The position numbers were made by a program, and so were the translations under genes. The notes below the pieces were generated by a model that did not search any database, was not told the origin of the DNA, and was given only the letters and a program-made list of their open reading frames with translations. A stretch of DNA of 64,000 nt from NCBI GenBank assembly GCA_022705945.1, contig JAKJDL010000002.1, positions 191,150 to 255,149 of the forward strand, in the 5' to 3' direction. The stretch comes from Candidatus Omnitrophota bacterium (lineage in GTDB: Bacteria; Omnitrophota; Omnitrophia; Omnitrophales; Aquincolibacteriaceae). The stretch's first letter is position 1. Each line of letters opens with the position of its first letter. Below, piece by piece: positions 1 to 9,186 of the stretch.

Positions 1-48
1 GAAGACTCGAAACATTCTTCGGGCCGTCCGGGAAAGGAATTTCTCACT

Positions 49-705
49 ATGGGAGCAGAAAAGATCAAAAGACTGGTTTTTCGTTTTTTTTCCCGCCTGC
101 TGATCCTTTTCGGGAAGCTCTGGTTCAGGCTGACGGTCCAGGGTTACGAAAACCTTCCGGTGTGCGGGCCCTGCATTTTAACGGCCAACCATCAAAGCTA
201 CCTCGACATTCTTGCGATCGCGATGCTGCTTGACCGGAAAGAGCTTTTGCACCGGACCTCGTGGGTCATCGGGAAGTCCACTTCCCGGAACCCCTTCCTT
301 CGTCCTCTTTTTCTTGTCTCTCCCTTGATCGTCGTGAACGGAACCGTAAGAAAAGCGGAGGCGGAACTGAAGAAAAACCGCATGCTTGTGATCTTCCCCG
401 AAGGTTTTTACGCTTGGCGCAAATATCTTTTTGAGAGGGGAAAAGAGGCGGCGGAGCCCCGGCGGCAGATCGGAACGAGCGCGGCGATCCTCGGCCTCAA
501 GACAGGATGTGAGATCGTTCCTATCGGAATCCGCGGCACTTATGAAGCCATGCCTCCCTACAGCTTTTTCGCGAAACCGGGAAACCTCTGCCTGCGGATC
601 GGAAAACCGTTCCGCTTTGAAGTTCCCGAGCCGGAGGAAATAATGGACGGGATGATCTCAGAGAAGACAAACCGCGTTATAGCCGAGATCGATGCCCTTC
701 GCTAG
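49..705 (+). CDS. lysophospholipid (1-acyl-sn-glycerol-3-phosphate-type) acyltransferase, PlsC-like
   Basis: HxxxxD motif (NHQSYLD), FPEG block, size about 218 aa; RBS GGAAAGGAA before the ATG. Confidence 0.75.
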   Translation: MGAEKIKRLVFRFFSRLLILFGKLWFRLTVQGYENLPVCGPCILTANHQSYLDILAIAMLLDRKELLHRTSWVIGKSTSRNPFLRPLFLVSPLIVVNGTVRKAEAELKKNRMLVIFPEGFYAWRKYLFERGKEAAEPRRQIGTSAAILGLKTGCEIVPIGIRGTYEAMPPYSFFAKPGNLCLRIGKPFRFEVPEPEEIMDGMISEKTNRVIAEIDALR

Positions 706-828
706 GGATCCGGGCGCTCCCGGTTTCCGGTCTTAAGTTCTCCCGTTGTTCCCATTGTTTATTTCGCGCTTTCCCTCAAAATAAAGCTGATTGGGCCGAT
801 AATCTTTGTCAGGATATAGGAGTGTGCA

Positions 829-2409
829 ATGAGCCATCTGGGAGAGCCTTTTTGCGTTCAGGTAAGCCGGATCCTATCGGTCCAGCCGGGAGATATTTTA
901 CGGCTGATGGGGCAGACCGAGATTTTTTTAAAAGACCTTCCGTTCGTCAAGGAATGCCGCCTCATTAGCAGGGAAGGGTATCGTTCCGTGACTTTCTGGA
1001 GGGTCGAGATCGATCACGTTCCGATATCCTGGAAAGAAGAGTCGATTTTTGATCTCCGGAACGGCACCGTATCTTTCAGGGCTCTTGAGGGAGATCTCCG
1101 GGTGCTCGAGGGAGTCTGGAAACTCACGGAATGCCCGCAGGGAGGAACCGAGGTTTGGATCGAGGCGAAGGTCGAGATCGGCATTCCGGCCGTTTTTGAA
1201 AAGGCCGTCGGAGGGATGATCGTCGAAAAGATCCGGAAATTTTTTGAAACAGTTCTTGATTCGATGGAGGAGAGGATCGGTTTCGAGCGTTACCGGCGAA
1301 AGAATGAAAAATCATCCCGCATTTCCGGGTTCGGGGTAATCGGTCACCCCTACAATTATCAGCATTTTTTGAAAAACCTTCATCTCCTCAAGCTCGATTT
1401 CAAAGCGCCTTCACCCGAATTTTTAACCAAGGTTTTTGATCTGACACCTTCCTACATTTCCTACGGCGTGCAGGAGTTCCGTGACTCGGCCGGAAAAACG
1501 ACCCGCGGGGCTTTTATCGCCTGCAATATCATCCCCGAAATGCTCACGGTCGATATCCGGAAAACCGTGGCCAAGGTGGTGGAATCCTGCAAGGTCGCGG
1601 AACGGCACGGGTTCGGGATCGTCGCACTCGGAGGTTTTACATCGATCGCGGGAGAGAAATACGGCGAAGAATTCCTGAAACAGATACATATTCCCGTGAC
1701 GACCGGGAATACGCTGACGGCCGCGCTCGCGGTCGAGGGAGTCCTCAAAGCGGCGCGTCTCATGGAGACCGATATTTCCAAAGCCAAGGTCGCGGTGATC
1801 GGGGGCGCGGGGGATATCGGGAGCGCTTGCGCCCGCGTCATGGCGTTCTCGGCCAAGGAAGTCACGATCGTGAGCCGCAGTCCGGCAAACCTCAGGAAAA
1901 TGGAAAAAGAGATCAAATCGATCCGGCATGCGAAATTTCACGGCACATCGGACGCGGTGAAAGCGGTTCGGGATGCGGATATCGTGATCGGGGCGGCAAG
2001 CTCCCCCCATTCACTTCTGGAGCTCCGGCATTTCAAAAACGGGGCGATCGTCTGTGACGTCGGATTCCCGAAAAACATTGTCTACGGGGACGTGGACCGC
2101 GGCGATATCCTTGTCTTTGCCGGGGGGATTTGCTCGATCCCCTGTGAATTTCAGACCGGCCTTGAGATCGGACTGCCGTCGACCCGGATGCTTTACGGAT
2201 GTTTTTCCGAAGCGATTGTGCTGGCGCTCGAGGAGCGTTATGAGAATTTTTCGTGGGGGAAAGGCCATATTACCAGGGAGAAGATGGACGAGATCCTGGA
2301 GCTTGCCCAAAAACACGGGTTTTCGCTGGCGCCTTTCTTCTGGTCCGGAGGGATTATCACGGACGACGAGGTTCGCGCGATCGGGACGGGACTCAGGGCC
2401 GGGGTTTGA
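829..2409 (+). CDS. SRPBCC (polyketide cyclase/START-like) N-domain fused to an acyl-ACP reductase (AAR)-family NAD(P)-binding reductase
   Basis: C-terminal 350 aa aligns block-for-block with cyanobacterial AAR (FGVIGH, IPEML, ALGGFTSI, TTGNTLTA, VAVIGGAGDIGSA, DVGFPKN, ENFSWGKGHITREKMDEILELAQKHGF); N-terminal 170 aa has an SRPBCC-like pattern. Confidence 0.8.
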   Translation: MSHLGEPFCVQVSRILSVQPGDILRLMGQTEIFLKDLPFVKECRLISREGYRSVTFWRVEIDHVPISWKEESIFDLRNGTVSFRALEGDLRVLEGVWKLTECPQGGTEVWIEAKVEIGIPAVFEKAVGGMIVEKIRKFFETVLDSMEERIGFERYRRKNEKSSRISGFGVIGHPYNYQHFLKNLHLLKLDFKAPSPEFLTKVFDLTPSYISYGVQEFRDSAGKTTRGAFIACNIIPEMLTVDIRKTVAKVVESCKVAERHGFGIVALGGFTSIAGEKYGEEFLKQIHIPVTTGNTLTAALAVEGVLKAARLMETDISKAKVAVIGGAGDIGSACARVMAFSAKEVTIVSRSPANLRKMEKEIKSIRHAKFHGTSDAVKAVRDADIVIGAASSPHSLLELRHFKNGAIVCDVGFPKNIVYGDVDRGDILVFAGGICSIPCEFQTGLEIGLPSTRMLYGCFSEAIVLALEERYENFSWGKGHITREKMDEILELAQKHGFSLAPFFWSGGIITDDEVRAIGTGLRAGV

Positions 2410-2411
2410 TT

Positions 2412-5072
2412 ATGACGGCGCTGGTCACGGGTGGAACGGGATTTATCGGTTCCGCGCTGGTTCGCCATCTGCTTGCGGCCGGTTACCGCGTCCGGGTGCT
2501 GGTCCGCCAGAAAAAAGACAGCCTACTTCTTGAAAACCTTCCCGTGGAGGTGATCAACGGCGATGTAACGAACGCCCGCGCCGTCGACAAGGCCGTGGAG
2601 GGCTGTTCCGTTGTTTTCAACCTTGCCTCGCTTTATGCCTTCTATCCTTTCTGGATGAAACATCCGAAGGCAATCTACAGGATCAACGTTGACGGTACGG
2701 TCAATATGCTTGAGGCTTCGTTGCGCCACGGCGTAAAAAAATTCATTCACACAAGCACCATTGCCGTCCTTAACCGTCCCGTGGATGGCGGTTCCGTGGA
2801 CGAGAACGCCGGCTTTGATCCGCGTGGTGCGAGCCATTATGCCCGATCGAAATATCAGGCCGAACGGGAAGTCCTTAAGTATTATTCCCGCGGATTGCCG
2901 GCCGTGATCCTGAATCCGGCCGTTGTATTCGGGGAACGCGACCACAAACCGACCCCGTCGGGGGACGTGATCGTGAAATTCCTGAACCGGAGTTATCCCG
3001 GTTATTTTGATACCCTTTGGTCCGTGGCCGATGCCGACGATGTCGCAAAAGCTCATCTTGCGGCCGTGGAGCGGGGAAAGGCGGGCGAGAGGTATATCCT
3101 TGCGAGCGGCGGGCATTACACGCTGAGGGAGATCTTCGGAATACTTGAAAAAATCACCGGGATCAAGGCGCCGCGTCTCCGGATTCCTTACGCAGTTCTT
3201 TTTAGTTTCACTTACCTTGAAGAAGCCGTCGCGTATTTTCTTTTCAGGACCAAGCCGCTTATAGCGACCGAGGGCGTGAAGTTCTGCAAAGCATCCCTTC
3301 CATGTGACGGCTCCAAAGCGATTCGGGATCTCGGATATGCGCCGACGCCGTTTGAGGAAACACTTGCCACGGCCGTCGCCTGGTACCGGAAGAACGGTTA
3401 CGTGGAGCCGAGAGGTTTTTTCCGGATCAGAACCCACGGGTCACGTCTCGTCCGTTTTTTGATGCGCCGGCTGGGTATGGCAGGTTATACGGACAGATTG
3501 AGCCCGGGAACAATCTTTTTTTTCGGCATCGTCAAGCTGCTGAATCTGCTCAAAAAGGCCGGGGCCGGGCGGGGCGAGGACGGTTGGAGGAAGGTGACAC
3601 AGTGTTATCTGAGGACGGAGCAGGCCAAATTTATCCTGACGGTCTTCAATCTGGATTTTCGCTCGGATCTGAAAACAAAAAACGAAATGACCTGCGACGA
3701 TGCCAAACGGCATTTTATTCGGAGATTCGCAAAGTTTCTGAAAACCCAGCCGCTTTTTTGTCAAAAGCTCGAATGGCACAGGTTCTGCGCGAAGTCGGGG
3801 CCGCAGCCTTTTGCGGATATCGTTCAGGCCGAGTTTGACGCCTCCGGAAATCTTCTGCGCTTTGAACCCCGGTTCGATCCGGATGACGAACGAGGGAGGT
3901 TCGAAGCTATGCCGACCGAGCTCAAAGAGCTGCTTTTTGAGGGTCTGCGTCAGGTTTACAACGCTACCCTCGAACTTCCGGATAAAAAACGGCCGCTTCG
4001 TCTCAAAGCGGAGTGGCACCGATGGCTCTCGAAACATTCCGGCTGTTTTTCTGGCGAATGGTTCAAGCGCGCGAAAGAATTGGGCGAGCGTGTGATGAGC
4101 GCCGCATTCATACGTTTTGAGACGCTGCCGGCCGGGCTTTCCGCCCGGGGTTCCGGACGTTTCCGGGTTCCCTGGTTCATCCGTTCCAAACATCCCGGCT
4201 ACGGTCCGCTCACCATCGTGTGCCGCCTGACGCCGGACCTTGAAGCGGCAGACATCTGGATTCAGTTTAGCCATGTGCCTGTTGACGGGGTCCCGGCCCA
4301 GGAAGTGCTGAACAAAATAAAAAAGGAATGGGGGACGAAGGGTGATCTTCCGTTTCCGGCTTCCGGATACCGGCAGGATATGACCCCGGAGGTGTGTTCT
4401 TCCGGCCGTACCGCTGACGGGACCGTGCATGTCTATCAATGTCTTGATTTCCAGCCTTTTCTTCAAGTGAGGAATCAGCTGAACAAACGTTTTGGAGGCC
4501 GCGCGAAGCAGGTGATCTCCTCGGCGGCGCTCCTGATCTGGAAGCTCTCCCAATACCGCGAATTTGAGGACATCAAGTTCGCGGTGCCGGTGGATCTGCG
4601 TGCGGCGGGGGGAAGGGAGCGGACACTCGGTTTTATCTTCATCCGTCCGGCTGTCTATTTTGACAAACAACGCGCCGACCGCGGATTTTTTTCATTCCAA
4701 CAGGAATTTAATCGCCAGCTCTTTTCGGCCCGTAAGCGGCGCGGCGAGAGCTACCGCCTTCTTGAAATTTACACGGCGGCCCCGCACGCCCTTTATGCCG
4801 TGACCGCAAAATTCCTTATGAGGCCTCTCCAGGATTTTGTCGGCTCGCTCGGGATCACGATTATCAAGAAGGCCGATTTTTTTGTGGCGCCGGCAAGCGA
4901 TGTTCATACGGACGGTTTTATCGCGTTCAGCAATTTTACGCTTCCTTCCGAGGACGGCGGGAAAGTAGGCGTCGTTAGCATGAAGGGGCCGAGGGAAAAG
5001 GTTGAAAAATACATGAATGTTCTTCATGATGTCATGCACAGGGCGATCCGGCGCGATGAACTCTATTTTTGA
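2412..5072 (+). CDS. bifunctional protein: N-terminal NAD-dependent epimerase/dehydratase (extended SDR, 3beta-HSD-like) reductase + about 500 aa C-terminal domain with an HxxxDG acyltransferase-like motif
   Basis: TGGTGFIGS Rossmann motif and YxxxK (YARSK) in the first 340 aa. C-terminal region contains IWIQFSHVPVDGVP, which resembles the catalytic HHxxxDG of WS/DGAT, PapA5 and condensation-domain enzymes. ATG at 2412 is 2 nt after the upstream stop; the track start at 2253 lies inside the upstream gene. Confidence 0.65.
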   Translation: MTALVTGGTGFIGSALVRHLLAAGYRVRVLVRQKKDSLLLENLPVEVINGDVTNARAVDKAVEGCSVVFNLASLYAFYPFWMKHPKAIYRINVDGTVNMLEASLRHGVKKFIHTSTIAVLNRPVDGGSVDENAGFDPRGASHYARSKYQAEREVLKYYSRGLPAVILNPAVVFGERDHKPTPSGDVIVKFLNRSYPGYFDTLWSVADADDVAKAHLAAVERGKAGERYILASGGHYTLREIFGILEKITGIKAPRLRIPYAVLFSFTYLEEAVAYFLFRTKPLIATEGVKFCKASLPCDGSKAIRDLGYAPTPFEETLATAVAWYRKNGYVEPRGFFRIRTHGSRLVRFLMRRLGMAGYTDRLSPGTIFFFGIVKLLNLLKKAGAGRGEDGWRKVTQCYLRTEQAKFILTVFNLDFRSDLKTKNEMTCDDAKRHFIRRFAKFLKTQPLFCQKLEWHRFCAKSGPQPFADIVQAEFDASGNLLRFEPRFDPDDERGRFEAMPTELKELLFEGLRQVYNATLELPDKKRPLRLKAEWHRWLSKHSGCFSGEWFKRAKELGERVMSAAFIRFETLPAGLSARGSGRFRVPWFIRSKHPGYGPLTIVCRLTPDLEAADIWIQFSHVPVDGVPAQEVLNKIKKEWGTKGDLPFPASGYRQDMTPEVCSSGRTADGTVHVYQCLDFQPFLQVRNQLNKRFGGRAKQVISSAALLIWKLSQYREFEDIKFAVPVDLRAAGGRERTLGFIFIRPAVYFDKQRADRGFFSFQQEFNRQLFSARKRRGESYRLLEIYTAAPHALYAVTAKFLMRPLQDFVGSLGITIIKKADFFVAPASDVHTDGFIAFSNFTLPSEDGGKVGVVSMKGPREKVEKYMNVLHDVMHRAIRRDELYF

Positions 5073-7284
5073 TCCGAATCAGTATTACTGGAACGTGTAT
5101 GCGCTCCCGCATTTCATTGTCGGGGTGCTTATCATACTTGAGGGTCTGTTCGTGTTCCTTCAGGGTAAACGGACCGTCACACACGTTGCCTACGCGATCA
5201 CGAATTGGACGGCGGGTATCTGGCTTACCGGGGTCGGGATCGTCTGTTCAATGACGGATGAGACGGCGGCGGTCATTGTTTCGCGCTGGTACACCTGGTT
5301 CGGGATCATTTTTATCACGCCCGCCGTTTATTTTTTTATCGCATCGTGGGACCCCGGATTCCTCAGGCGCAAGGCGAAATGGGTCGTGATTCACTATTTT
5401 TGCGCACTTGGCTTTTATCTCGCCTGCGGCCTCACGCCCTGGATCGTTGCGACGGTGTATCCGTATTCGACCGGTTTTTTCCCGAAGGCCGGCCCTCTGG
5501 AAGGGGTGTTCATCGTTTGGTTCTATGCGCTCATGATTCTTTCGTTCGCCAATTTCATGCGGATTTGCCGGAAGGCCGATACCCCTATCCTCAAGAAGAA
5601 TACAAAGCTTATGTTTGTTGCCTATGCGATTGCCTTCCTCGGCTCCATCGAATACCTGCCCAATTACGGAATCCATATTTTCCCGGTTGCGTTCCTGCCG
5701 ATGTTTGTTTTCACGACAATCATCGGCTACTGCGTGATCCGCTACCGCCTCATGGATATCGAGACCGTGATCCACAAAACGGTCATGTGGTTTGTGACGA
5801 GCGCCGTGGCCGTGCTTCCCTTTGCCGGGATCATCTCTTCGGTTCAGCCGATGATGAGGGATTTGAAGCCTGCGGCCGCGGGATTTTATTTCCTGGCGAT
5901 GCTTTTCATTTTCTATTTTTATTACCGCGCCGTGCAGCCGCGTCTCGACCGCCTCTTCCAGTGGCGGCAGACGAACCTGATGGCCGTTCTCGACGGGTTT
6001 TTGAGTGAGCTGGTCCACCTCAAGAATATCCGCGATCTCCTTCAGAGCTTCTCGCGTCTGATGCGCCGTGAGCTTTTTGTGAGGCGGCTTTCGGTTTATC
6101 TTTATGATGAGCAGTCGAAACACTTTGTCCCCGCCATCGCGAAAGGGATCCGCAGTCTCCGTCCCGTGCCCCAGGGAAGCCGATTGCTTCAGTGGCTTGC
6201 GGAGACCGACGGAGCCGTGATCGGTGAGCTTGCCGTGAGCGATCCTGCGGTCGACGAGTTCCGTTCCGAAATGGAAAACTTTTTTTCTGATACGGGCACC
6301 CTGGCCGTATTGCCCTTTGTGCTGGGCGACCGCCTGATCGGCTTTGCGAACCTCGGGAGGAAAAGTAACCTGCGCCGCTACGGTTTCAACGAGATCCGGT
6401 TCCTGAACCGCCTCAAGGTGCCCGTCACGATCGCTCTTTCAAATTCGATGCGGTATGAGGATATCCGCAAGCTTTCCGACGAACTCCAGCTCTGGAACCA
6501 GGCTCTCGAGGAGCGCGTCGACCAGAGGACGCGCGAGCTCGCGAAGACGCAGGAACAGCTCGTGCAGGCCGAAAAGCTCGCGACGCTCGGAACGCTCGCG
6601 GGCGGAGTCGCGCACGAGATCAATAACCCCCTCACGGCGGTACTCACAAACGCGCAGATCCTCCGTATGAGCGCACGGGAGGACGATATCGAATCGATCT
6701 CCCTGATTGAGGAAGGTGCGAAACGATGCCAGGGGATCGTACACAAGCTCATGAAATACGCCCGGAAAACCACTGAGGAAGCGCCTTTGAAAGCGATTGA
6801 TCTTGGCGAGGTTGTGAAGGGAACGGTGGCTCTTCTGGGTTTTCAATTCAAACAGGAAAATATTGAGGTCAAAACGAGGCTTGCGAAGACCCCGCCCGTC
6901 CGGGGAATCGCGGGGGAGATTGAGCAGGTCCTCACGAACCTTCTTGTGAACGCGAAAGACGCGATCCTCGCGGTCCGTCTCCCCGCATCTGCGGGGAATA
7001 CGGCACCCGGGCAGGGAAAGATCATCATAGAAACCCGCAAAGCTCCGGATGCGGTCGAGCTGATAGTGACTGACGACGGCGCGGGTATCCCTAAAGAAAA
7101 TCTTAAAAAGATATTCGATCCTTTCTTTACGACCAGGGATGTCGGCGCAGGCACCGGGCTCGGCCTTTCGGTCAGCCTCGGTATCCTAAAGCGCCACGGC
7201 GCCGCGATTTCGGTCGTGAGCGAGCCCGGCCGCGGCTCCGCCTTTACCATCCGGTTTCCCGATCAAGATCCTGTCTCAAAATGA
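5017..7284 (+). CDS. sensor histidine kinase (N-terminal 7TM sensor, GAF-like, HisKA, HATPase_c)
   Basis: 7 predicted TM helices, HEINNPLT H-box, N/G1/G2 boxes (DDGAGIP, GTGLGLS). Start is ambiguous (5017 or 5056) and overlaps the upstream stop. Confidence 0.85.
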   Translation: MFFMMSCTGRSGAMNSIFDPNQYYWNVYALPHFIVGVLIILEGLFVFLQGKRTVTHVAYAITNWTAGIWLTGVGIVCSMTDETAAVIVSRWYTWFGIIFITPAVYFFIASWDPGFLRRKAKWVVIHYFCALGFYLACGLTPWIVATVYPYSTGFFPKAGPLEGVFIVWFYALMILSFANFMRICRKADTPILKKNTKLMFVAYAIAFLGSIEYLPNYGIHIFPVAFLPMFVFTTIIGYCVIRYRLMDIETVIHKTVMWFVTSAVAVLPFAGIISSVQPMMRDLKPAAAGFYFLAMLFIFYFYYRAVQPRLDRLFQWRQTNLMAVLDGFLSELVHLKNIRDLLQSFSRLMRRELFVRRLSVYLYDEQSKHFVPAIAKGIRSLRPVPQGSRLLQWLAETDGAVIGELAVSDPAVDEFRSEMENFFSDTGTLAVLPFVLGDRLIGFANLGRKSNLRRYGFNEIRFLNRLKVPVTIALSNSMRYEDIRKLSDELQLWNQALEERVDQRTRELAKTQEQLVQAEKLATLGTLAGGVAHEINNPLTAVLTNAQILRMSAREDDIESISLIEEGAKRCQGIVHKLMKYARKTTEEAPLKAIDLGEVVKGTVALLGFQFKQENIEVKTRLAKTPPVRGIAGEIEQVLTNLLVNAKDAILAVRLPASAGNTAPGQGKIIIETRKAPDAVELIVTDDGAGIPKENLKKIFDPFFTTRDVGAGTGLGLSVSLGILKRHGAAISVVSEPGRGSAFTIRFPDQDPVSK

Positions 7285-7742
7285 TCCCGGAAACCGGGTC
7301 ATGGAAGTATGAAATAGCGTCAGGCTCTGAAAGGGCCGTAATCCATGAAACCGTATGGTTTTTCCGCCCCTCGTTTTGGTTTTTGTAGTTTTTTTCTGGG
7401 GCTCCTAATTTGGTTAAAACGAGATGACCTTATTGGAAAAACATTTTTTATTTTTACGGTTTTTATTGGTGGGCGGGGAGTGCTTTTCGGCTTTGATTTA
7501 TTTGTGCCTATATTAATAAAAGAGATAAATGCTTGTGAAACCGCCTCTCGTCTTGTCGCGGGTAAAGCTGGGCTATGGGGGAAACTCGAAAAGCGATCCG
7601 GATACAGTTATCTGGGGTTTTGTACCCGGCCCTTCAACTCAGCGCCCCCAAATCAGCTTAACCCGTTGATCGGATTACAGTTAAATTTCTAAATACCGAT
7701 ATAAGTAGAGGGGAAGGGTGTGTTCAACGCGAGGATTTCAAT

Positions 7743-8279
7743 ATGAAAAAAATACTGGTAATAGATGATGATGTTCTTGTCCTGAGGGCGATCAGCAAGT
7801 TGCTTACGATGAACAATTACAACGTGACAGAAGCTAAATCCGGCGAGGAGGCGGCGGGAATATTAAGTAGTGCCGATTTTGATTTAATAGTGTCCGACAT
7901 TAGGATGGCGGGGATGGACGGGATTCAGCTTGTTGAACGTTTGAGGAGTTCCGGCAAGAACACGCCGGTGATTTTCGTGACGGGGTATGCGAGCGAAAAT
8001 GCGCCGGTGGAAGCTTATCGGCTTGAGGTTAAGGACTATGTGTTGAAACCCTTTGATAAGGATGATTTGCTTCGCAAAGTCGAAAAGAATCTGGCTCTTC
8101 GGGAAGCGGAATTTGCAAAAAAGGGTGATTTGTGTCGAACCGTGCGTGGCTTGGTGAGAGATTTTGAAAAAAACAATAGCATGAATATTTACGAAAATGA
8201 AAACCTGAAGAAGTTTATCAGCGAACTCAACGCTGCGCTTTTTGCAGAGGAAAAAGAGCAGGCAAAAAAGTATGAATAA
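7743..8279 (+). CDS. response regulator, stand-alone receiver domain with C-terminal coiled-coil tail
   Basis: KILVIDDD..., D at the phospho-site (LIVSDIRM), conserved T/K (FVTGY, LKPF); no DNA-binding output domain. Confidence 0.85.
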   Translation: MKKILVIDDDVLVLRAISKLLTMNNYNVTEAKSGEEAAGILSSADFDLIVSDIRMAGMDGIQLVERLRSSGKNTPVIFVTGYASENAPVEAYRLEVKDYVLKPFDKDDLLRKVEKNLALREAEFAKKGDLCRTVRGLVRDFEKNNSMNIYENENLKKFISELNAALFAEEKEQAKKYE

Positions 8280-9186
8280 TAGAAAGTTGGGATTTTTTTT
8301 GAGCGTTCTTCGGAAAGAGGCGAATTATTTTTGGGAGCGGCTGGTAGTTTTTTCAATTCGGGTAAGATATCGCTATTGGCGGCGTTTATTATGCCGAGTT
8401 GTTGGCAATGCGACATCTCTTGCGGCTCTGTATTACCGTGTTTTTAGACGCCTAAGATTTCGCACAATTCGGTTGTTTGTGTTTTTTGTTTGGAAATTGT
8501 GGCTGGATAAGGTTGAGGGGTTTGAGAATATTTCCTGGAATGAATCTGCGGTTATCGTTTCAAATCATCTCAGTTACTATGATTTCTTTGTTTTGGCGTC
8601 TGTTCTTGAGCGTCAAACCGTATTCATTGCTACCAAAGGGCTAAATGACAGATCGTTTGTGGGATGGTTTATGAAACTGGACACGATTGTTTATGTTGAT
8701 CGCGAAAAGCCGGGTTACGGTTTTTTTAAGGAAATGGTCAGGCAGACGAAGATGAAAAAAAATGTTGTCATCTATCCTGAAGGAACGAGGTCCCGAAGCG
8801 GAAAGATGTTGGCCCCCAAACCGGGATTTATCAAATTGGCGCTTCTTTGCGGAGTGCCCGTCATCCCTCTGGCGATGCGGGGTACTTATGAAATTCTTCC
8901 GCCGCATGAGCATGTTCCCAAGATGAAAAAGTGCAGCATTCATATAGGCGAGAAGCTTTATATTTCACCTTCCAATCCGCTTTTTCGGGATGTTTTTTAC
9001 CGTTGCGCGAAGGATGGCAAGTATACGAATCTGACAGACGAAGGGATCGAAGAAATTGCATTCCGGATTATGAACCGGATCAGGTTAATGTCCGGGCAGG
9101 AGTGGGATGAAAGCGCTCTCCCCAAGGCCAGATTATACGGTCTTGCGGATGCTTCGCCGAGGGCGGTCGAGTTTTGTTGCCAATGA
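8272..9186 (+). CDS. PlsC-like lysophospholipid acyltransferase (second copy)
   Basis: NHLSYYD (HxxxxD) and PEGTRSRSG blocks; ATG at 8272 chosen (the track TTG at 8242 overlaps the RR stop). Confidence 0.8.
   Translation: MNNRKLGFFLSVLRKEANYFWERLVVFSIRVRYRYWRRLLCRVVGNATSLAALYYRVFRRLRFRTIRLFVFFVWKLWLDKVEGFENISWNESAVIVSNHLSYYDFFVLASVLERQTVFIATKGLNDRSFVGWFMKLDTIVYVDREKPGYGFFKEMVRQTKMKKNVVIYPEGTRSRSGKMLAPKPGFIKLALLCGVPVIPLAMRGTYEILPPHEHVPKMKKCSIHIGEKLYISPSNPLFRDVFYRCAKDGKYTNLTDEGIEEIAFRIMNRIRLMSGQEWDESALPKARLYGLADASPRAVEFCCQ

Noticed and set aside
2253-2411. Upstream extension of the 939-aa track ORF
   Set aside because: The extension overlaps the 3' end of the AAR gene in another frame. A clean ATG at 2412 sits 2 nt after the AAR stop, immediately before the Rossmann motif.
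3441-4670. 409-aa minus-strand ORF inside the reductase-acyltransferase fusion gene
   Set aside because: Antisense shadow ORF in a GC-rich gene; the sense frame carries conserved motifs.
7345-7692. 115-aa ORF in the AT/T-rich spacer between HK1 and RR1
   Set aside because: Runs of F/L/G from T-rich DNA, no RBS, composition unlike any other gene in the window. Treated as non-coding spacer (noted in the findings as possible ncRNA or regulatory DNA).
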